From: Okamejei kenojei
Taxonomy: Eukaryota
Direction of reading: 5' to 3'
DNA: 64,000 bases
Assembly (NCBI GenBank): GCA_035221665.1
Contig: CM069140.1
Span: 14,508,001-14,572,000, forward strand
Shown here: one piece after another, positions 57,087 through 64,000 of the stretch
Position numbering within the stretch: the stretch's first letter is position 1
Layout: each line of letters starts with the position of its first letter
Translations under genes and position numbers: made by a program
The notes under the pieces: generated by a model
The model's input: only the letters and a program-made list of their open reading frames with translations
The model's database searches: none
Told to the model about the DNA's origin: nothing

Positions 57087-60000
57087 TTGTGTGTGGGTCA
57101 GTGTGTGAGGTGTGGGTCAGTGTGTGTGNNNNNNNNNNNNNNNNNNNNNNNNNNNNNNNNNNNNNNNNNNNNNNNNNNNNNNNNNNNNNNNNNNNNNNNN
57201 NNNNNNNNNNNNNNNNNNNNNNNNNNNNNNNNNNNNNNNNNNNNNNNNNNNNNNNNNNNNNAGTGTGTGTGGGTCATGTGTGTGTCAGTGTGTGGTGTGG
57301 GTCAGTGTGTGTAGTGTGGGTCAGTGTGTGTGGGTCAGTGTGTGTGGGTCAGTGTGTGTGGTGTGGGTCAGTGTGTGTGTGGGTCAGTGTGTGTGGTGTG
57401 GGTCAGTGTGTGTGTGTGGGTCAGTGTGTGTGGGTGACAGTGTGTGGTGTGGGTCAGTGTGTGTGGGGTCAGTGTGTGTGGGTCAGTGTGTGTAGTGTGG
57501 GTCAGTGTGGGTCAGTGTGGGTCAGTGTGTGTGTGTGGGTCAGTGTGTGGTGTGGGTCAGTGTGTGTGGGTCAGTGTGTGTGGTGTGGGTCAGTGTGTTG
57601 TGGGTCAGTGTGTGTGGGTCAGTGTGTGTAGTGTGGTCAGTGTGTGTGGGTCAGTGTGTGTAGTGTGGGTCAGTGTGTGTGTGGTGTGGGTCAGTGTGTG
57701 TGTGTGGGTCAGTGTGTGTGGGTCAGTGTGTGTGGTGTGGGTCAGTGTGTGTGGGTCAGTGTGTGTGTGGGTCAGTGTGTGTGGTGTGGGTCAGTGTGTG
57801 TGGGTCAGTGTGTGTGGTGTGGGTCAGTGTGTGTAGTGTGGGTCAGTGTGTGTAGTGTGGGTCAGTGTGTGTGTGTGGGTCAGTGGTGTGTGTGTGGGTC
57901 AGTGTGTGTGGTGTGGGTCAGTGTGTGTGTGTGGGTCATGTGGTGTGGGTCAGTGTGTGTGTGTGGGTCAGTGTGTGTGGTGTGGGTCAGTGTGTGTGGT
58001 GTGTGTGGGTCAGTGTGTGTGGTGTGGGTCAGTGTGTGTGTGTGGGTCAGTGTGTGTGGTGTGGGTCAGTGTGTGTGGGTCAGTGTGTGTGGTGTGGGTC
58101 AGTGTGTGTAGTGTGGGTCAGTGTGTGTGGTGTGGGTCAGTGTGTGTGGTGTGGGTCAGTGTGTGTAGTGTGGGTCAGTGTGTGTAGTGTGGGTCAGTGT
58201 GTGTGGTGTGGGTCAGTGTGTGTAGTGTGGGTCAGTGTGTGTAGTGTGGGTCAGTGTGTGTAGTGTGGGTCAGTGTGTGTAGTGTGGGTCAGTGTGTGTG
58301 GGTCAGTGTGTGTAGTGTGGGTCAGTGTGTGTAGTGTGGGTCAGTGTGTGTAGTGTGGGTCAGTGTGTGTAGTGTGGGTCAGTGTGTGTGGTGTGGGTCA
58401 GTGTGTGTGGTGTGGGTCAGTGTGTGTGTGTGGGTCAGTGTGTGTGGTGTGGGTCAGTGTGTGTAGTGTGGGTCAGTGTGTGTAGTGTGGGTCAGTGTGT
58501 GTGTGTGGGTCAGTGTGTGTAGTGTGGGTCAGTGTGTGTAGTGTGGGTCAGTGTGTGTGGGTCAGTGTGTGTGTGTGGGTCAGTGTGTGTAGTGTGGGTC
58601 AGTGTGTGTGGGTCAGTGTGTGTGTAGTGTGGGTCAGTGTGTGTAGTGTGGGTCAGTAGTGTGTGTGTGTGGGTCAGTGTGTGTGGTGTGGGTCAGTGTG
58701 TGTGGTGTGGGTCAGTGTGTGTCAGTGTGGGTCAGTGTGTGTGAGTGTGGGTGTGTGTGTGGGTCAGTGTGTGTGTGTGGGTCAGTGTGTGTGTGTGGGT
58801 CAGTGTGTGGGTCAGTGTGTGTAGTGTGGGTCAGTGTGTGTGTGTGTGGGTCAGTGTGTGTGGTGTGGGTCAGTGTGTGTGTGTGGGTCAGTGTGTGGTG
58901 TGGGTCAGTGTGTGTGTGGGTCAGTGTGTGTGTGTGGTGTGGGTCAGTGTGTGTGGTGTGGGTCAGTGTGTGTGTGTGGGTCAGTGTGTGTGGTGTGGGT
59001 CAGTGTGTGTGTGTGGGTCAGTGTGTGTAGTGTGGGTCAGTGTGTGTAGTGTGGGTCAGTGTGTAGTGTGGGTCAGTGTGTGTGTGTGGGTCAGTGTGTG
59101 TGTGTGGGTCAGAGTGTGTAGTGTGGGTCAGTGTGTGTGGTGTGGGTCAGTGTGTGGTGTGGGTCAGTGTGTGTGGGTCAAGTGTGTGTGGTGTGGGTCA
59201 GTGTGTGTAGTGTGGGTCAGTGTGTGTGTGGTGTGGGTCAGTGTGTGTAGTGTGGGTCAGTGTGTGTGTGTGGGTCAGTGTGTGTGGGTCAGTGTGTGTG
59301 GTGTGGGTCAGTGTGTGTAGTGTGGGTCAGTGTGTGTGGTGTGGGTCAGTGTGTGTGTGTGGGTCAGTGTGTGTGGTGTGGGTCAGTGTGTGTAGTGTGG
59401 GTCAGTGTGTGTGTGTGTGGGTCAGTGTGTGTGGGTCAGTGTGTGTAGTGTGGGTCAGTGTGTGTGGTGTGGGTCAGTGTGTGTGGTGTGGGTCAGTGTG
59501 TGTGGGTCAGTGTGTGTGGTGTGGGTCAGTGTGTGTGTGGGTCAGTGTGTGTAGTGTGGGTCATGTGTGTGTGTGTGGGTCAGTGTGTGTGGTGTGGGTC
59601 AGTGTGTGTAGTGTGGGTCAGTGTGTGTAGTGTGGGTCAGTGTGTGTGTGTGGGGCAGTGTGTGTGTGTGGGTCAGTGTGTGTGGTGTGGGTCAGTGTGT
59701 GTAGTGTGGGTCAGTGTGTGTGTGTGGGTCAGTGTGTGTGTGGGTCAGTGTGTGTGTGTGGGTCAGTGTGTGTGTGTGGGTCAGTGTGTGTGGTGTGGGT
59801 CAGTGTGTGTGTGTGTGGGTCAGTGTGTGTGGTGTGGGTCAGTGTGTGTGTAGTGTGGGTCAGTGTGTGTGGTGTGGGTCAGTGTGTGTAGTGTGGGTCA
59901 GTGTGTGTGTCAGTGTGTGTGTGTGGTGTGGGTCAGTGTGGTGTGGGTCAGTGTGTGTGGGTCAGTGTGTGTGGGTCAGTGTGTGTGTGTGGGTCAGTGT

Positions 60001-63000
60001 GTGTGTGTGGGTCAGTGTGTGTGTGTGTGTGGGTCAGTGTGTGTGTGTGGGTCAGTGTGTGTGTGTGTGTGGGTCAGTGTGTGTGGTGTGGGGTCAGTGT
60101 GTGTGGGTCAGTGTGTGGTGTGGGTCAGTGTGTGTGTGTGTAGTGTGGGTCAGTGTGTGTAGTGTGGGTCAGTGTGTGTGTGTGGTGTGGGTCAGTGTGG
60201 TGTGTGTGTGTGGGTCAGTGTGTGGTGTGGGTCAGTGTGTGTAGTGTGGGTCAGTGTGTGTGGTGTGGGTCAGTGTGGTGTGGTGTGGGTCAGTGTGTGT
60301 TGTGGGTCAGGTGTGTGTGTAGTGTGGGTCAGTGTGTGTGTGTGGGTCAGTGTGTGTGGTGTGGGTCAGTGTGTGTGTGGGTCAGTGTGTGGTGTGGGTG
60401 TGTGTAGGGTGGGTCAGTGTGTGTGGTGTGGGTCAGTGGGTGTGGGTCAGTGTGTGGTGTGGGTCAGTGTGTGTGTGTGTCAGTGTGGGTGTGGGTCAGT
60501 GTGTGTGGGTCAGTGTGTGTGGTGTGGGTCAGTGTGTGTGGTGTGGGTCAGTGTGTGTAGTGTGGGTCAGTGGTGTGTAGTGTGGGTCAGTGTGGTAGTG
60601 TGGGTCAGTGTGTGTGTGTGGGTCAGTGTGTGTGTGTGGGTCAGTGTGTGTAGTGTGGGTCAGTGAGTGTGGGTCAGTGTGGGTCAGTGTGTGTGGTGTG
60701 GGTCAGTCAGTGTGGGTCAGTGTGGGTCAGTGTGTGTAGTGTGGGTCAGTGTGGGTCAGTGTGGTGTGGTGTGGGTCAGTGTGTGTGGGTCAGTGTGGGT
60801 GTGTGTGTGTGTAGTGTGGGTCAGTGGTGTGGGTTGTGGGTCAGTGTGGTGTGGGTCAGTGGTGTGGGTCAGTGTGTGTGGGTTGTGTGGGTCAGTGTGT
60901 GTGGTGTGGGTCAGTGTGTGTGTGGTCAGTGTGGGTCAGTGTGTGTGTGTGGGTCAGTGAGTGTGGGTCAGTGTGTGTGTGTGGGTCAGTGTGGGTCAGT
61001 GTGTGTGTGTGTGTGTGTGGTGTCAGTGTGTGGGTCAGTTGTGTGTGGTGTGGGTCAGTGTGTGGTGTGGGTCAGTGTGTGTGTGTGTGTGGGTCAGTGT
61101 GTGTGTGTGTCAGTGTGTGTGGTGTGGGTCAGTGTGTGTGGTGTGTCAGTGTGTGTGTGTGGTCATGTGGTGTGGGTCAGTGTGTGTGGTGTGGGTCAGT
61201 GTGTGTGTGTGGGTCAGTGTGTTCAGTGTGTGTGTGTGGGTCAGTGTGTGGGTCTGTGTTGGGTCAGTGTGGTGTGGGTCAGTGTGTGTGTGGGTCAGTG
61301 TGTGTGGTGTGGGGTCAGTGTGTGTGGGTCAGTGTGTGTGTGTGGGTCAGTGTGTGTGGTGTGGGTCAGTGTGTGTAGTGTGGTCAGTGTGGGTCAGTGT
61401 GTGTGGTGTGTCAGTGTTGTGGTGTGGGTCAGTGTGTGTGTGTGGGTCAGTGTGTGTAGTGTGGGTCAGTGTGTGTGGTGTGGGTCAGTGTGTGTGTGGG
61501 ACAGTGTGTGTAGTGTGGGTCAGTGTGTGTGTGTGGGTCAGTGTGTGTGGGTACAGTGTGTGTAGTGTTCAGTGTGGGTCAGTGTGTGTGTGTGGGTCAG
61601 TGTGTGGTGTGGGACAGTGTGTCATTGTGGTGTGGGTCAGTGTGTGTGGTGTGGGTCAGTGTGTGTGTGTGGGTCATGTGTGTGGTGTGGGTCAGTGTGT
61701 GTGTGTGGGTCAGTGTGTGTGGTGTGGGTCAGTGTGTGGTGTGGGTGTGTGTGGGTCATGTGTGTGGTGTGGGTCAGTGTGTAGTGTGGTCAGTGTGTGT
61801 GTGTGGGTCAGTGTGTGTGTGGTCAGTTTGTGTGTGTGTGTGGGTCAGTGTGTGATGTGTCGTGTGTGTAGTGTGGGTCAGTGTGTGTGGTGTGGGTCAG
61901 TGTGTGTGGTGTGGGTCAGTGTGTGGGTGTGGGTCAGTGTGTAGTGTGTGGGTCAGTGTGTGTGGTGTGGGTCAGTGTGTGAGGTGTGGGTCAGTGTGTG
62001 GTGTGGGTCAGTGTGTGTGGTGTGGGTCAGTGTGTGTAGTGTGGGTCAGTGTGTGTAGTGTGTGTGGTGTGGGTTCAGTGTGTGTAGTGTGGGTCAGTGT
62101 GTGGGTCAGTGTGTGTGTGGGTCAGTGTGTGTGGGGGTGTGGGTCAGTGTGTGTAGTGTGGGTCAGTGTGTGTGTGTGGGTCAGTGTGTGTGGTGTGGGT
62201 CAGTGTGTGTGAGTGTGGTCAGTGTGTGTGGTGTGGGTCAGTGGTGTGGGTCAGTGTGTGTGGTGTGGGTCAGTGTGTGAGGTGTGGGTCAGTGTGTGTG
62301 GTGTGGGTCAGTGTGTGTAGTGTGGGTCAGTGTGTGTGTGTGTGTGGGTCAGTGTGTGTGTTTGTGTGTGGGTCAGTGGTGTGAGGTGTGGGTCAGTGTG
62401 CGTGGGTGGTCAGTGTGTGTGTGTGTGGGTCAGTGTGTGTGGTGTGGTCGTGTCAGTGTGTGTGGTGTGGGTCAGTGTGTGAGTTGTGGGTCAGTGTGCG
62501 CGGTTGGTGTGGGTCAGTGATGTGTGGAGTGTGTGTGGGTCAGTGTGTGTGGTGTGGGTCAGTGTGTGTAGTGTGGGTCAGTGTGTGTGGAGGTGGGTCA
62601 TGTGTGTAGGAGTGGGGGTCAGTGGGTGTGGTAGGTGGGGTCTGGGTGTGGGTCAGTGGCGTGGTGTGGGTCAGTCAGTGTGGGTGTGTGTGTGTGTGGG
62701 TCAGTGTGTAGTGGTGTGTGTGTGTGGTCAGTGGTCAGTGTGCGTCAGTGTGTGTAGTGTGGTGTGTGGTGTGGGTCAGTGTGTGTAGTGTGGGTCAGTG
62801 GTGTAGTGTGGGTCAGGTGGGTCAGTGTTGGGCAGTGTAGTGTGGTCAGTGTGTGTGGTGTGGGTCAGTGTGTGTGTGTAGGGGTCAGTGTGTGAGGTGT
62901 GGGTCAGTGTGTGGACAGGTGTGGTTCAGTGTGTGTGTGGGTGTGTGAGTGTGGGTCAGTGTGTGTGGTCAGTGTGTTGTGTTTAGTGTGGTGTCCGTGT

Positions 63001-64000
63001 GGGGCAGTGTGCGTAGTGTGGGTCAGTGTGTGTGGTGTGGTGGAGTGGACAGTAGTGGGTGTACTGTGTGGTGTGGGTCAGTGTGGTGTGGTCAGTGTGT
63101 GTGTAGTGTGGGTCAGTGTTGTAGTGTGTGTAGTGTGGTGTGGGTCATGTGTGTGTGTAGTGTTGTCGTGGTGTGTGTAGTGTGTGTGTGTGGTCAGTGT
63201 GTGTGTGTAGGTCAGTGTGTGTATGTGTCAGTGTGTGTAGTGTGGGTCAGTGTGTGTGTGGTGTGGTCAGTGTGTGTGTGGGTTGTGCGGTGGTGGGTCA
63301 GTGTGGGGTGTGAAGGTGTGGTGTGGGTCAGTGGTGAGGTGTGGGTCAGTGTGTCAGTAGTGTGGTCAGTGTGTATGTGGGAGTGTTGTGGTGTGCATGG
63401 GCAGTCAGTGTGGTGTTGTGTGGGGTCAGTGGGTGTGTGGGTCAGTGTGTGTGGTGTGGGTCAGTGGTGTGTGTGGGACAGTGTCGGTCAGTGTGTGTAG
63501 TGTGGGTCAGGTGTGTGTGTGTGTGGGTCAGTGGGTGGTGTTGGGTCATGTGTGTGGCCTACAGTGTGTGTGTAGTGTGGGTCAGTGTGTGGTCAGTGTG
63601 GGGTCAGTGTGTGTGGTGTGGGTCGTGTGTGTTGTGGGTCAGTGTGTGTGTGGTCAGTGTGTGGTGTGGGTCATGTGTGTGTGTCAGTGTGTCAGTGTGT
63701 TGTGGGTGGTGTGTCAGTGTGTTGCCAGTATGGGTCAGTGTGTGCGTGGGGCAGGTGTGGTCAGTGTTAGTGGTGTGGCAGTGTTGGTGTGGGGTCAGTG
63801 TGTGTGCGGGTGTGGGGCATGTGGTAGTGTGTGTAGTGTGGGTCGTGTGTGAGTGTGTGTGGGTCAGTGTGTGTGGATCATGTGAGTGTGGTGGCAGTGT
63901 GTGCCAGTGTGTGGTGCATGTGGGTCAGTGTGGTCAGTGTGTGTGGGCAGTGTGGTAGTGTGTGGGTGTGGGTCAGGTGTGTGTGGGTCGGTGTGGTTAA
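57087..64000. repeat. GT-rich satellite, unit GGGTCA(GT)n[(A/G)GTGT], more than 6.9 kb
   Basis: Hundreds of GTGTGGGTCAGTGT cores with variable (GT)n spacers; degrades after ~62 kb. Confidence 0.97.
57129..57261. other. Assembly gap (133 N)
   Basis: Run of N. Confidence 1.

Noticed and set aside
57087-64000. Dozens of Cys/Val/Trp-rich ORFs
   Set aside because: Translations of the GT satellite; no coding signature
62000-64000. Apparent gradient of satellite divergence
   Set aside because: Scattered indels and substitutions toward the end fit low-coverage long-read consensus error as well as real ageing

Overview
Vertebrate genomic DNA, almost certainly from a cartilaginous fish (skate/ray-like, inferred from HE1/V-SINE, CR1/HER1 and Penelope repeats). 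Two protein-coding genes lie in tandem on the minus strand, in the same order as human 1q31. ZBTB41 is complete: 10 coding exons, 50034->29602, 915 aa by my exon sum, BTB plus 14 C2H2 fingers, with a probable non-coding first exon at about 57.0 kb. ASPM is partial: coding exons 1-15, 26658->window start. All exon boundaries were read by eye as GT-AG and give a continuous frame. Introns hold nested mobile elements: hAT-type elements with 5-8 bp TSDs, three Helitron units, two full-length decayed Tc1 elements, an RNase H-bearing I/Nimb-type LINE end, CR1 fragments, HE1 SINEs, and many Penelope-derived ends carrying minimal hammerhead-ribozyme cores. The last ~7 kb is a GT-rich GGGTCA satellite with an assembly gap. 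Most notable: (1) a predicted ZBTB41 leader with three uORFs chained by TGATG and TAATG stop/start overlaps; (2) TSD-flanked fold-back mini-elements centred on hammerhead motifs; (3) a G2/M-type ASPM promoter that may be bidirectional. No database search or computation was run.
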